DNA of 64,000 nucleotides, taken from the NCBI GenBank assembly GCA_958009085.1, contig OY253668.1, forward strand, positions 496,001-560,000, written 5' to 3'. Position 1 is the stretch's first letter, and every line of letters starts with the position of its first letter. Positions 1 to 12,587 of this stretch are shown here, one piece after another. The position numbers and the translations under genes are program-made. The stretch comes from Protoeuglena noctilucae. Taxonomy: Eukaryota. The notes beneath the pieces are model-generated. The model saw only the letters and a list, made by a program, of their open reading frames with translations. It was not told the origin of the DNA and made no database searches.

Positions 1-527
1 GACACGAGGTCGTCGTCGTTACCACGAACCAGGTGAGGGACAGCCTCGGGGGGGTTGATGCATGACGACCGACTTGGAACAGTGTCATGATCAGCCGCGC
101 CGCCTGACGTGTCGCCTCGCCTGATCGTCTGTCACAGGTGACGGACGTGCTGGGTGACTTCGCCGACGCCAGCCAGGCCGCCGTCTTCGGTCCGCTCGTG
201 ACCTCCGGTAGGCGCGTGCTGCCGGCCCTCGGCCTCGCGTGGGCCAACTGCGTCAACCACAGGGTGTTCCTGTCGCGGGCAACGAGCGTGGGCGCCGAGG
301 GGAACCTGGGCGGCGCCGTCGCGAGGAGAATGCAGGCGACTTGCTCAGCAACGCAGTCGAGCGTGAGTGAACGGGCCACGTGGTCGCGGAAAGGCTGCAG
401 AGCGAGTCGTGCTGTGCCCTCCTTCCGTGTGCTGCAGGTGCTGCTCAGCCCGTACCTCCCGGCGCGCTCCTGCCCATTCGTCATCGACGACGATGGCCTG
501 CACGGCTGTGCAGAGCCGCAGCAGTGA
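1..527 (+). CDS. XRCC3: RAD51-paralog XRCC3-like DNA repair protein, 3' part (5' end outside window)
   Basis: Spliced translation ..VVVTTNQ|VTD..RVLPALGLAWANCVNHRVFLSR..RRMQ|VLLSPYLPARSCPFVIDDDGLHG matches the RAD51-paralog C-terminal motifs (NQV, PALGLAWANCV, xxFxPHLP). Intron 33..137 is GT-AG; a second intron ends at 437; stop is TGA. Confidence 0.8.
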
Positions 528-740
528 CACCTGGCGTTTCATCCTACAGCTCTGCAGCTCACTGTCTCACAAAACGCGCGGAAACTTCCTACTAGCAAGC
601 TTCCTGATTAGCAGCACGCAAATGGGGGCACGGCAGTAGTAGGATGAACTCTAGAAATGCGGACACCACTGCACACGACTCGCAAAGGCGCGTGCTGGCA
701 CACGGCGTGAAAGGCTTTCTACGTGCGCCATGCCGGCTTC

Positions 741-2870
741 TCACGATGCAATCACACGTTTCGCTCCGCCCGAACAGACTGCCTGCTCTGCGACGTCCCA
801 CACGCGCGCACCCTGCACGACCACGCGCCTGCTGCTGTCCATCGTGTACGCGACCACGACCCCGTCCAGCACCACCTCGTAAACGATGTCATTGTGTTGT
901 AGGCCCGCATCGCCCTTGACTCCCCTCTGATGCACCGACCTGCACGGGTGGGAGCGACACCGCACACTAGGCAGGCAGAAGCCCAGGCTTTCCAGTGCTC
1001 CAGGGCTGGCGGCGTGGCGAGGCAGACAGTGCGCAGCTGAGCACGGCAACCTCGACCGTCGCGCTGCTCACCGGATGTCGCGCGAGAGGACCTCCGTCAC
1101 GAGCGAAAGGAACTCGGTCGCGCGAGCAAAGAGCGAGCCCTTGGCGCTGGACGCGACCTGCTGCCAGGCATCAGCGATCTCGCGCTCTGCGGCGTCCGTC
1201 ACCACCACCGCCGCCACGTGCAACGGCTCGTTGTCCGCTACAGGGGCCACCCAGTCAGGTGCTGACGCGTTAGCGACCGCGTCGCAGAAAGGGACGTAAG
1301 GTTTGATGTCCAGGACGGGGGATCCGTCGACTGCGGGGGACGCGAGATAAGGGTTAAGGCGTGTCGTTGAGCAGGGCTGATGTGACATCCTACCATACAG
1401 GGCGCGCAGTGGCACGCGGGGGTTGACGCTCACCGAGGTCGCAACCCCCCAGGACGAGCCGACCCTCCCGGGGGTGCACTTCGACGATGCGGGCGACGGA
1501 GAGGCCGAGAGGGCAGGGCCGGTGCGGGGAGCGTGTCGCGAGGACGCCCATGCGCCCGCCGTCGAGGCGCGGCACGGACACCTTAGCCTTGATGCGGCGC
1601 TGGCGGTGATCCGAGGCCCAGAGCCGCTGCAGGTCCGTGTTCTCATGGAAGACGTACAGAAGCCAGCAATGAGAATAGAGGTGCAAGCCCTCGATGCAAT
1701 CCACAGGCACTGCGGGCGCGGGGATCCGGCGTCGGCGGAACGCAGAAGTTGGAAGGGCATCCGCGGCGCGGCCTCAGACGCAGACACACCACCGGAGAGG
1801 AGCGTGAGGCTCGCCCGGGCCGTGGGGACGAGCTGCGGCTGCCTCGGGGTGCCATTGCGCTGGGAAAAGCATGAACGGAGGAACGCGATGGGCCTCATGG
1901 GAAATGGCGGCGCGTCGGCCCAGGCCAGGGCGGCTCCGGCCCACGTCGGCGCCTCGACGGGCACGTCTGGCGTGCCCCGCCGGGGTTGCGAGAGCGTCAG
2001 GGCGCTCCCCACCGAGTCCGTCGCAGTCGTCGAGTGCTGGCTGCCCTCCCCGAAAGAGTTGTGGCGGTGGCAGTCTGACCACGTCGACTGGCTCCCGCCC
2101 ACCTCCGTCGCAGACTGGTCGTCCTCTGCACGCCAGCGAGCACGCACGGCGTCCACCCCTGCGCACCTGTCAGGGCGGGTGGGTTGTGTCGAAGCAAAAG
2201 CTCACCTCGACGGAGGCGCGCACTCTTCAGCTGGCGGGTCGGGGATCGTTGTGCGCGCCCGCTCTCGTCCATGCCCATCGTGACATGCTCTCGGTCGGGG
2301 TGATATCCCCGCTCCTCGAGCTCACGGAGCGGGTCCACCGACCGCGTGGACGCGCCTCGGCCCTGCTCTGCCCCGCTGGGCGCTCGCTGGCGCTCTGGCG
2401 TCGACGACTGCGCCAGGCGTAACTGCAGCTCGCGGACCTGCTTCTCCGCTCTCGTCCGACCCGTGCGGTCGACCTGGCGCTTCAGCCGCTCCTTCCGCAG
2501 GTCGGCCTCGGCCGAGCTCAGCTGTGACTGCAGGGCGCGGTTCCTGTCGTCGGCACAGAGGAGCTCGTACGCGAGGTAGCCTGCGAAGGCGGCACGTGTG
2601 TTTGACGGACATATCACACGCGCGAGGGCGACAAACGCGTGGCTCCCTTGATATGAGGAAACAAAACATCCCAATCGGCGTAAAAGGGGCTTGCATCGGG
2701 GGCTTCGGAGGCCTCTGCAAAGGCCCCGAAAAGCCCCCGAGCACTGAAGCAAGCGCAGGCCCCACCGAGACCCCTCCCGGCCCTGAGGTCTCGCCTGACA
2801 CGCCAGCAAGGCCCAGGAAGCAGACGCCGGCGAGCCAGTGGTGAACGTGGGCGTCCATCATCTTGCCCAT
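741..2870 (-). CDS. TRMO: tRNA (adenine37-N6)-methyltransferase TrmO/TsaA family with N-terminal TM/coiled coil, about 7 exons
   Basis: Motifs PMRPIAFLRSCFSQRNGTPRQP, EGLHLYSHCWLLYVFHEN, KAKVSVPRLDGGRMGVLATRSPHRPCPLGLS, GCDL|VDGSPVLDIKPY and VLSRDIRSVHQR are characteristic of TsaA/UPF0066. The start codon is uncertain. Confidence 0.88.
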
Positions 2871-3188
2871 GATGGGCAAAAGGCCTGGAGCCCTAAAACC
2901 GCGGCGGCATGTCGCAAGCGATCTGAGACCAGTTCGATCGGCTGAAGAACTGATGCGTTTCAGTGAAGACGGAGCGGGATCACGACACCGGAGCTGGTGC
3001 CACTGGCACAACTCGCGTCGCTGACGACGTCGATCAGGTCGATCTTTGAGCCTGAGTTCCGCGGTCGATGGCCAAATGGTGGACCCAATCCTGTCGCCTC
3101 CGTCATTGAATCCCTTAAAGCCTCGTCTGCTTCAAAGAGCCGCGTCGTTGCTGAACCGCTGGGCAAAACCGAGCGGTCCCTCTCCCTC

Positions 3189-4069
3189 ATGGCCCCGATG
3201 GGGTCGTGCGGTGTGCAAAGAGTCGTGGGGTCCAGGGGGGCGGCATGTCGTCGGCAAGGGTTCCTGGGTCGACCACTGCCGATGCGCATGCGAGGCACGC
3301 CACGCTGCGGTGCGGGCACCGCGCTCTCCGCAACAGCAAGAGACCCGCGAAAGCAGGCTCTGGTCGCGGGGGTGGATTACAAGATCCGCAGAGGGCTTGA
3401 GGCGGATGCCGCCGACATCGGGTCGCTCGTGCTCGCGGAGCGGATGAACCCGCTGGGGCTAGACCCGGCGCGGTTCTGGGTGGCGGTTGACCGGCAGGGA
3501 CAAGTTCTCGGAATCGTGCAGCTCCAGGCCATTTCCTTAGGCTCTTCCTTCCACGAGCTGCGGTCCACGGTCGTGCGAAGCGAGTACCGCAACCTGGGCG
3601 TGGGCGCGGCTCTCGTGAAGGAGGCCCTCGCGTCGCTGCCGGAGGACGAGCCGGTCTGGCTGGTGACGGGTGCGTGGGACGGGTGCCGGTGCCGCGCAGG
3701 CGCATGCATGGGGCGGCATGGCTGTCCCCAGCTGCCACTGGGTGATGGTGTCGGCGCAGTGCCCAGGAGTGCCGGCTTCTTCATGAGGCTCGGCTTCGAG
3801 CCCGTCTACGAGACGACGGAGCTCCCGACGACGATTTGGTTTGAGCGCTTCGCGGGGCAGTTCGTGGCTCAGGCGAGGGAGCTGGCGCCTCGCAGACAGG
3901 CCAGCAGTCAGCGTCTCGATGGCCCAGGGTGCAGCTCATCGAGTTCCTCCCTTTCTCGTCGGCGCAGCTGGCTGGCGCCAACACGTGCCTGGCGATGCGT
4001 CGGGCGGGGCCAGGCGTGCGGCCCACCAAGGGCGCCATGGGATACGTGCCCCCGCCATACGACGACTAG
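3189..4069 (+). CDS. GNAT-family N-acetyltransferase, probably organelle-targeted
   Basis: MNPLGLDPARFWVA, ELRSTVVRSEYRNLGVGAALVKEAL (acetyl-CoA motif A) and FFMRLGFE. Introns 3670..3759 (GT) and 3873..3967 (GC). Ends YDD-TAG. Confidence 0.78.
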
Positions 4070-4170
4070 CGCATCTCACGCTCTTTCGCAAGCTTCGACG
4101 TTGAAAGTGATGGGCGCAGCTGCGGCGCTGGAATTTTGCTAGAGGCAGAGCGAACACACCACCGAGTCGC

Positions 4171-6704
4171 CTAGTAGAAAGCCTTCTCCAGGTCGAGGTT
4201 GACCCGGTTGAGGAGGATCAGGAACCGCTGGGTGCCGCGCTTCTGGTTGATGCTCCACAGGAAGCCCAGCTCGGCGCCGGACGTGACGTCACGCTGCGCC
4301 GCCGCGCCAAACTGCACCAGCTCGCCCTCGGTCCACTGGGGCTCCTTGTACCCCACGTTGGCGATCCGCCCGCGGCCCTTGAACCGCCCCACGATGCCCA
4401 GCTGGTCCGGGTACACCCCCCGCGCCTCCAGACGCGCCTTGCGTCCCACCTTGGCCTGGAAGGACACCTGCCCCGCAGGCACGTGGGCGTCGCCCGTGAC
4501 CTTGGTCGCCGTCACGCACTCGTCGCCTTCCTCGTCGACGCCGCGCTGCAGCAGCAGCAGCTCGGGGCCGTGCGGCCCGAACGTCCCCAGGTAGAGACCC
4601 GAGTAGGGGTCCGAGGGGACCGACAGCTCCGGCCGCAGCTTCCGGTACACGGTGCGCGCGGGCGCCGGCGCCGCCGCCTCCTGCAGCGCCCCGACCAGTG
4701 CGGGCGGGGCCTCCGTCCCCTGGGCGCTCTCGGGCTGGGGCGCGACGGACAGCGCGGCCCCGTCCGGGCCCAGGGCCGCCCCCCACTTGTACTTCTCCGC
4801 CACCTCCGCCACCGTCTCGGACACGAGCTCCGCCACGCGCTCCTCCGATAGCTCCTGGAAGAACGGCGGGGCGGAACGTGGTGGTCGACTGGATGGCATT
4901 CGCGGCACCGGCCCCGCAGCCCCACCGTCTCGGCGCCGCGCATCACCTTGCCCTCCCCCATGACTTGCATCTCGTGCTGCACCTTGGCCGCGATGGCCTG
5001 GCTGAGCCCCCCCGAGATGTGCTGCAGCGCCGAGGCGCTCAGCCCGACGCGGCGCAGGTCCTCGTCGGACAGCTCGATTGAGATGCGCACGCCCTCGCTG
5101 CCCTCCGCCATGTCCATGCGGGAGGGGGCCGACGACGGCGCCGGGGGCGCCCCATCCTTCGCGGGCGCTGCGTCCCCCCGGGAGCCCAGCTGGTAGTCCC
5201 GGGGGCGCCGGCCCTCCGCGCCGCCAAACACGAGCGGCACCGAGCTCGTCACGCGCTGCTCCTCCCCAATCATGTCGTCCATGCTCCGCTGGAAGAGGTG
5301 CGCGGCCTCCGCCAGCTGCACGTCCACCGTGAAGCGGTCCCGGCCCACCAGCTCCACCACCGCGGGCACCCGCTCCATGTCCACGGGGGCCACGCGCTCG
5401 AGCTCCCGGTACATGTCGCTCAGGCGGTCCTCGAACGCCTCCGCGTCCGCCGCGCCCGACCGCTGCCCCGCGCGCGACTCCATCACGCGCCGCCACGACG
5501 CCGACACGGGGTCCAGCTCCTCGTCGATGGCAGAGGCGGGCGACCCGCGGCCGTCCCCGTCGGCCGACCCTTCCTGCTGCGGGGGGGTCGCGGGGGCGCC
5601 GGCATGAGCGCAGCGGCGCACTGCGCCAGCCGACGCGATCGGCCGGACCGACGACCCACCTCGGCGTTGGTGCCCGCGGCCGGCGGGACCGGCATGAGGT
5701 AGGCGGCCTTCTTGACGAAGCCGCCGTCGGCATCCGGCTGCAGGAAGATCTCGAGGACGGGCATGCCGAGCGAGTCGATGCTCGTGGGCGCAATGTCGGA
5801 GGCCTGCATGGCGGACGCCGTCAGCGGGTTGCGCCAACCCATGCTGTCGGCAATGTCGCGGGCCGAGTAGGCGACGCCGAAGTACCGGCCGTAGCGGCAG
5901 AAGATGCGGAGGAGGTGACCGTGGAAGTCGCCCTGCTCCCCGACCCCGGCCCACCAGCCCACGAGGTGCACGAGGCCGTCGTCGCGGACCCGGGCCGCCT
6001 CCTCGTAGTCCTCCTGGTCCAGCGCCGCCTGCAATCGCTGCTCGATCTGCATCGCCGGGTCCTGTGACTCGAGCTGGAGGATGTCGGCGCGGGTCCTGCG
6101 GGGTGCGAGCGGCGGAGCGTTGGTGCGGCAGGCATCCCTACGCGTGGCTGCTACGCGCCGGGTGCGCTTCGCGCCAGCGCTCTCACCTCGCCGCGTACGA
6201 GTAGTTCTCCTCCTCGATCGCCTGGCTGAGCTGCGCGTCCAGCGCCTCCAGCCTCCGGTCGCGATCGTCCATATCCTCAAACAACGCGCACCACTTCTGC
6301 CAGCCATCGACGCCGATGACCTCGATGCGCTCGTTGCCCACGACGGAGAGGCTGGAGAACTGCAGATTCTCTGCAGGTGGCGGGGCGAGGGGGCCGCTCG
6401 GCGCGCGCGGGGCTCCCAGCCTCTCGTGACGCATCGCCCCACGCCTCCCGCGACCCTCACCCGCACGGCCCGCGTCGCTCACGGGCGCGCTGTCCAGCAT
6501 CTCCCCCGCGCGAGCCGCCACGCGTCGCGCCGACGGACCCTCGCGCCCGGACTGGCCGCGCCCCCCCCGCTGCAGCGCGGGCCCCACGCCACGGGCGGGA
6601 GCCGCGCCCCGAGCGCGACGGCACCACCGGGCGTGCGACCCATGTTGGCCCGCGCCCGAGTGGCACGCGTGGGCGGAGGCGTCCCGCGCGACGGACGAAG
6701 CCAT
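4171..6704 (-). CDS. EX1: EXECUTER-family chloroplast singlet-oxygen signalling protein (UVR motifs plus DUF3506)
   Basis: Two UvrB/C-like motifs (LSQAIEEENYSYAAR, LQAALDQEDYEEAARVRD), LVGWWAG, GRYFGVAYSARDI, and a C-terminal DPYSGLYLGTFGPHGPE..ATKVTGDAHVPAGQVSF..KGRGRIA..EPQWTEGELV. Ends with TAG. Confidence 0.88.
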
Positions 6705-7622
6705 GGCCGGATGTCTCGAGCCGGGCGAGGCCCGAAAGTGCGAACCGCTGCCGGCGACCTGTCGGAATCGCGTCCCTGAAAGCCCCGCCGTGGCCCGGGA
6801 CCCTGCGGGAGGGCCACGCTGAGTTCCGTGGCTGCGGTGAGCGGCTCTTCGTCGCAAGCGATCGCCCAGCCTCGACTCTGCCGATGCAAAGAAAGGAACG
6901 AATAGTGTGACCGCGAGAGTGCGGTCGCCGGAAACGCACTCGCGGATAAGGCCAGCTCAAGCTCTGGGCGCGGCTCCAGGGGTCCCGCCGCGAATCCCGA
7001 GCATGAATGTGACGGCTACGACACAAGCTCGACCCCCCGGCCGTGGCAGCCAGCCCCCACCTGCCCCGTTCGTCGCGACGCGCACCCCTGGGAATCGGTT
7101 CCTTGCGTATCGACGCGGCTCCAATCGCGCGCGTGAAAGGGCGTTCGAACGCCTTGCGGCTCGCGTTTCTTCGCTGGGGCTGACCCTGGACTGGCAATAA
7201 ATGTTCCCAATTTTCGGCGCCAGCGTCTTTGGGGAGAGCTTGAACGCATGAAATGATTCGTAACACCAACATAGGAGTACTGTAGCCCTGGGTATGCATA
7301 AGCGAACTGTGTGTGAGCATCGGAGTTTGGGCTTGGCACCCGCCACCCAACGCCATCCGACTCGTTGTCGAGCCCTGAGCCATCATTACGGCATAGAGAG
7401 TCGCTGGCAGCAAGGGGAAGGGGTTTTGGCTCGTTGCCGCGCTCCCGGCGTGGTGCTTGGCAAGGTGAAACTTTGCAGCGTTGCTGCGCATTGTCCAAAA
7501 GCTCTGCTTCGCCCCCGTCGGTCCCCACGCCATCCTTAACTCCCCGTTAATATCATGCATCGACAGGGGCCACGGGAACGCCACACAATAGGCAAGGTGT
7601 CGCGCCTAATCGCAGACGAGCG

Positions 7623-9620
7623 ATGGATGCGTTCCTGCACCTGCTGCGCTGCCCTGAGCGAGACCTGCCCCGAAAATGGGCAGAGGCACTTCATGGCGTG
7701 ATGGCTCCGGGAGCGGAGGCGTGGATGGCGAGGTGTGTGCACTGCTGTGGCCTCTGGCTGAACGCCTGATCGAAGAAACGACACCTGCTCCATTCCCACT
7801 CAACTGTGATGGCCTGCGCAGGTCCCCTGGTCGCCTTGACGTCATCGGGGGCATCTCGGATTACAGCGGCGGTCTGGTGCTGCAGATGCCCATCGCGGAG
7901 GCCACATTCGCCGCCTGCCAGCTCCGCCGGCCCGCCCAGACCGGCACGCCTACCCTCACAGCCGTGTCGCTGCGGGGGTCCTTGCCCAGCGCGCCCGCCG
8001 TCCACGCGGGCGAGGACGGCCACACCGCTCGTCGGTTCGAGCACTCGCTCGCGCCCCTGTTCGAGGGAGAGGGGGCAGCACGTGCCACGCTCAGCGGGGC
8101 GGGCTGGGGCGCCTACGTGGCAGGTGCGGTGGCGGAGGTCGTGGCCGAGGCCGGTCGCCGGGGCGAGGGCCTCTCTGCGGAGACTCTCGCGGCGGACCTG
8201 GCGATCGTCGTTTGGTCCGAGGTGCCAGAGGGCCGCGGGGTGGCAAGCAGCGCGGCCCCGGAGGTTGCCACCGTGGGCGCAGTGGCGGGCGTGCTGGGTG
8301 TGGCGCTGGAGCCGATGCGGTGGGCGGTGCTGGCGTACTTTGTCGAGACGCGAATAGGTGAGTCGTCCTCTGAGTGCGGGGATGGAGGTGGCTGCACAGC
8401 ACGCCTGGCTCAATATGCGCAGCTGTTCGGCAACTGTAGTGGGCGTCGCGTGCGGCATCATGGATCAAGTGGCGGTTTGCATGGGCAAAGAGGGACACGT
8501 TCTGGCCATCCTTTGCCAGGTCAGCGACAGTAACGAATCGCTGCACGTGTCGCTAGTCACGACTGTGCTAGAGACCCGCTCTGGTGTTTTCTGGCATGCA
8601 GGAGGACGAGGGGGACGCGGGAGCGCAAGTGATGGGGCATCTGCCCGTTGTAAGACCCACCATTCTTGTTGGTATCGACACGGGCGTCACGCACAACGTG
8701 GGAGGGACCGAGTTCCGCCGGGCCCGTATTGGCGCGTTCATGTCCCGAGCCATCCTGCGAGCGGCTGGGTTCCCTGCCACGCACCTGGCCAACGTGGGTG
8801 CGTCGGCACTCGACGCCTGCGACCTGCCAGAGGTGCGTAAGCGCGGCACTGCAGGCCTACTAGCCCCTCTAACGATTAATTGGGAACGCGATTGGTTGGG
8901 AATACCAATCGTGTGGGCATCGGCGTGCGTCGCAGCGTCTCTCTGGGTCGGACTTCACGAGCCGGTACGGGCCCCTGGATGACGACGCGACGAGGGACGG
9001 CGTGGAGGCCCATGAGACGTACCCTGTGCTTGCGGGCGCGAGGCACGCCGTCCTCGAGCCCGAGCGCGCGCGTGCGTTCCAGGCCGCTCTCCAGGGCGGG
9101 CCGGAGAAGGCAGGGGTGAGTGCGCGAGTGCAGTGGGGAGCGCTGCACGCCTCAGGGCCACAGGGACTTGACGAGCGCTTGCTGTGGGACGCGCAGGCCC
9201 TCGGGGACGTGCTGTCCGAGTGTCACGCGAGCTACGGGGCGCTGGGACTCGGCTGCGAGGGCGCGGACGTCCTTGCAGAGCTTGTGAAAGAGGCGCCGGG
9301 GAGCGATGGAGGGCCCGGCGTGCTGGTGGGCTGCCGCATCACGGGGGGTGGCTGCGGGGGCACCGTGTGCGTCGCGGCTTGCGGGGACGAGGCGGACGTT
9401 GTTGCCGGCCTCGCGTGGCTCGCTGACGAGTACCTCTGCCGGACGGGGATCCAGGCACGCGTGCTCAGGTGCGGTGGCCAGGGCAGGCGACGCACACCAC
9501 GCGCGCCTCAGAGCTGTTGCCTGGGGATGTTTCCTCATAAGCCTCAACAGTTCCGCAATTCACAGGGGCACGAGTCCGGGAGCCGCCCAAACGGGCATCG
9601 TTCACATCAACGCGCTGTAA
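7623..9620 (+). CDS. GHMP sugar kinase, L-arabinokinase (ARA1) catalytic-domain-like, 7 exons
   Basis: [101 protein letters not shown] and RGTSPGAA. Ends with TAA. Confidence 0.85.
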
Positions 9621-9766
9621 GCAGGATCTCAGATGGGGGTGAGGGTGGGGTTCGAGGAACGGTGATAGGATAGCGTGCGTAATCTCGCGAATGGCGACGC
9701 GCGAACAAAAGAAAGTCTGAAGGTCCAAAATGTCGAAGTGGATGCGATTGCGCATGGTGACGCATG

Positions 9767-11981
9767 TCACCCGCCGCTCTCTGCCGCGAGGGCCATGGCC
9801 TCCAGTCGCGCTCGCACCTCCGTCATCGTGGGGCGCTGCTTGGCCAGAGCCGCCCAGCAGTCCTGGATCAAGGCAGCGAGCGCCCCTGGCGTGTGCGAAG
9901 GCATCTTGGGCCTGCGGACGACGGGCTGTTTGCATGTGACGCCACGGCGACGCCCACCTGCCCTGCACGCCGCACGCGCCGCTCGCACCTGAGGCCTCGC
10001 CCCACAACCGCCAGCGCCGCCTGCATGCCGCTGAGCCCCTCGTACGGCAGCTTGCGGGCGCAGCACTCCCAGGCGACGATCCCAAACGAGTAGACGTCGG
10101 CCTTTTCCGAGTACCGCTGGTGAGACAGCACCTCCGGGGCAGCCCACTGGAACGTGCCTGCGGGGGGAAGGCGCACAGGGAGGCTCAAATGACAGGTGCA
10201 GGTACAGGCTGGCCACGTCTTGCAAGCGCCTGGGCGGCACACCTATCCCGCCCGTCATGGTCTGCCCCACCACCGCCACGCGGCTGAGCCCGAAGTCCGC
10301 GATCTTGCAGGACCAGTCGCTCGACACGAGGAAGTTGGCGCTCTTAAGGTCCCTGTGGACCACGCCGTGGGCGTGCAGATGCTCCACGGCCCTCGCCGCG
10401 CCGACCAGCATCCCCAGGATGCGCTTCCAGGAGAGGAAGGTGGTGGAGGAGTGGATGAGGGAGAAGAGGGATCCGCGGGCGCAGATTTCCATCACCAGTG
10501 CCAGTGCGGGGGGCTCCACGCATGCCGCGAGGGGCCGGAGGAGGTTGGGGTGGGGCGGCACATCCCGCATGAGCGACAGCTCCCTGCTGAACTCCCTCGC
10601 CACCTGGGCTTGCACGGCGTTGTCGAGGCGCTGCCCAGGCAGCGGCGCGGCGCTGGGCCCCCAGGACGCCACTTTGACGGCCACCTCCTGCCCTCGCCAG
10701 TGGGCGAAGTAGACCTTCCCGAAGCCGCCCTCGCCTAGCACGCGTCCCAAGTGGATTTCCCGGATGTCCACCGTCGGCACAGGCCACGGGCCCCTCCCCG
10801 CGGGCGCAGCGTGACTCCCTTCCCATGCCAGCCGGGGTGCAAAAGCCTCCGATTCCATCGGGGCAGAAGCGTCCACAGCCGCTGCGCCCGCACCACCGTC
10901 CTGCGTCCGCCGCATGGGCCGACCCGGCTGCACGCCCGGCGGAGTGATCGCTGCCGAGACGGCGCTGTCGTTCGATGCCCATGGACTGGCCCACCCAGTG
11001 CCCCGCCGGTGCTGCCCTCTGGACGTCGGCGTGCCAGCAGACGCGCCATGCTCCCGTGCAGGCGGCGGGCGCGGCGGCGCGGCGTGGGAGGCCTCGCTGT
11101 GCCACGTGCGTGTCTCCGTGCCTGACACGTCCGCCGCGTAGTCCGACGGAGCCCTCGCGTCCGACGGACCCCTCAAGCCGCGCCGCGCCGGAGATCCGTG
11201 CGCGTGCAGCTGCGCCCCCAGCGAGCCGTGGGGGACGTGCGGGCCAGGTGCCGCGCGCCTCCCCGAGGCAAGCACGGTCCGCGCCGATTCCGGCACCGGG
11301 CGAGGGCGCCAACCTGGGGCCGCAACGGGCGGGAGCATCGGAATCACCGACACAGGGCCCTCTTGCGCCAAAGCCAGTGGACCTGCGGAGGCGAGTGGGG
11401 CTGGGAATGAGGACACGGCGACGGTCCAAGTAGGCAGCCTCTTCTGAGAGTGGGCAGCCTGCCCGGCCAAGCGGCCCAAGGTTACCTTGCGAAGGCGGGC
11501 CGTCAAAGGGCCCCGCCTGTGTCCAGGGAACGCTGTCGTCGCCCACTTGCCAAGCCACGCCTCCGGGACTGAGGGTCAGGCCCTGCTCCGCGTGCCAGCC
11601 TCCCGTGTGCGGCAAGCCCAGCGCGCCCGGCTTCCCTCGCATCCCGGCCCCGGTGATCACGGCGAGCGGCCGCTGCAAGTGTTGCTGCTGAGGCACGCCC
11701 CACTGCATGCCGAGACGAGGCTGCGCATGATGATGCATGTTGCTGAACACCGCGGCCCTCGTGGGCCACCCAAAACGCACCTGCCCGAGAGGTGCGGTCG
11801 TCGCATGCGAGACCTCTCCCATCGGAGTCACGAGCGGCACGGACATGCCCCGAACGGACGCGGTGCGCGACATGGCGAGGTCGTCGTCCTTCTTTGTCGG
11901 GCGGGGCCGCTTGGGCCGGGCGCCTCCGCCACCTTGGTCCCATCCCCTACAAAGAGACGACAGCATACGCACGGATGGCAT
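9767..11981 (-). CDS. Raf-like/TKL (MAP3K-type) protein kinase with low-complexity N-terminus
   Basis: LGEGGFGKVY, VAVK, HPNLL, HRDLKSANFL, DFGLSR, MTGGIG|TFQWAAPE, KADVYSFGIVAWE and LIQDCW..RPTM. The start codon is uncertain. Confidence 0.88.
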
Positions 11982-12587
11982 TCGAACGCATTGTCGAGGA
12001 GGCTGGCCAGGGTCGGTAGGGTGAGCGCACGCTGGGGGCTCTCAATGAGTCGCATTTCAGTCAAATCCGACTCACGTGAGCCATCGCCACGGATTGGAGC
12101 CGCACGATCGCCAACACGCGCGTCCACCCCACCCATCATCTGCGAAGGCCGTCCATCGAGAGGTGCGGAGGGGTCCCTTTTGCAGCGCCCCCCCAGCGCA
12201 TGCCCTCGCAGAGCTCACCGACGAGGCCCAGGTCCTCCAGGATCTCGCGACACGAACAACAATCGTCCTCTCCCCCTTCCGAGAGCCACGTGTCGCGCGG
12301 CGCCATCGCAGCGCTATGGGCAGGGACCCATCATCGGCGTTACAGTGGTCGGGACCCTCCCCGACACAGGGACGCGACGTCAGGCGAACGCGGAAGCTCC
12401 CGCGCGTACAGGGTGCGTCGCGCCGCGTCGCGCCGGGGCTTCTGCGCCGGGGTTGGGGACGCCCTCGTGTCCTGCGTCTGACGCGTATCGGTGGGCCTTC
12501 CACGGGCCCCCGCGCGTCCCTGGCTCAACTTTTGCAAAGCTATCCGTAGAGATACATAGAACTTCGCGGTTCTGCCGCTTGGCAGGC

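Noticed and set aside
7140..7560. Lower-GC intergenic stretch as a possible snoRNA/ncRNA or insertion
   Set aside because: I saw no convincing C/D boxes, tRNA cloverleaf, terminal repeats or target-site duplication. It is most simply the divergent promoter region.
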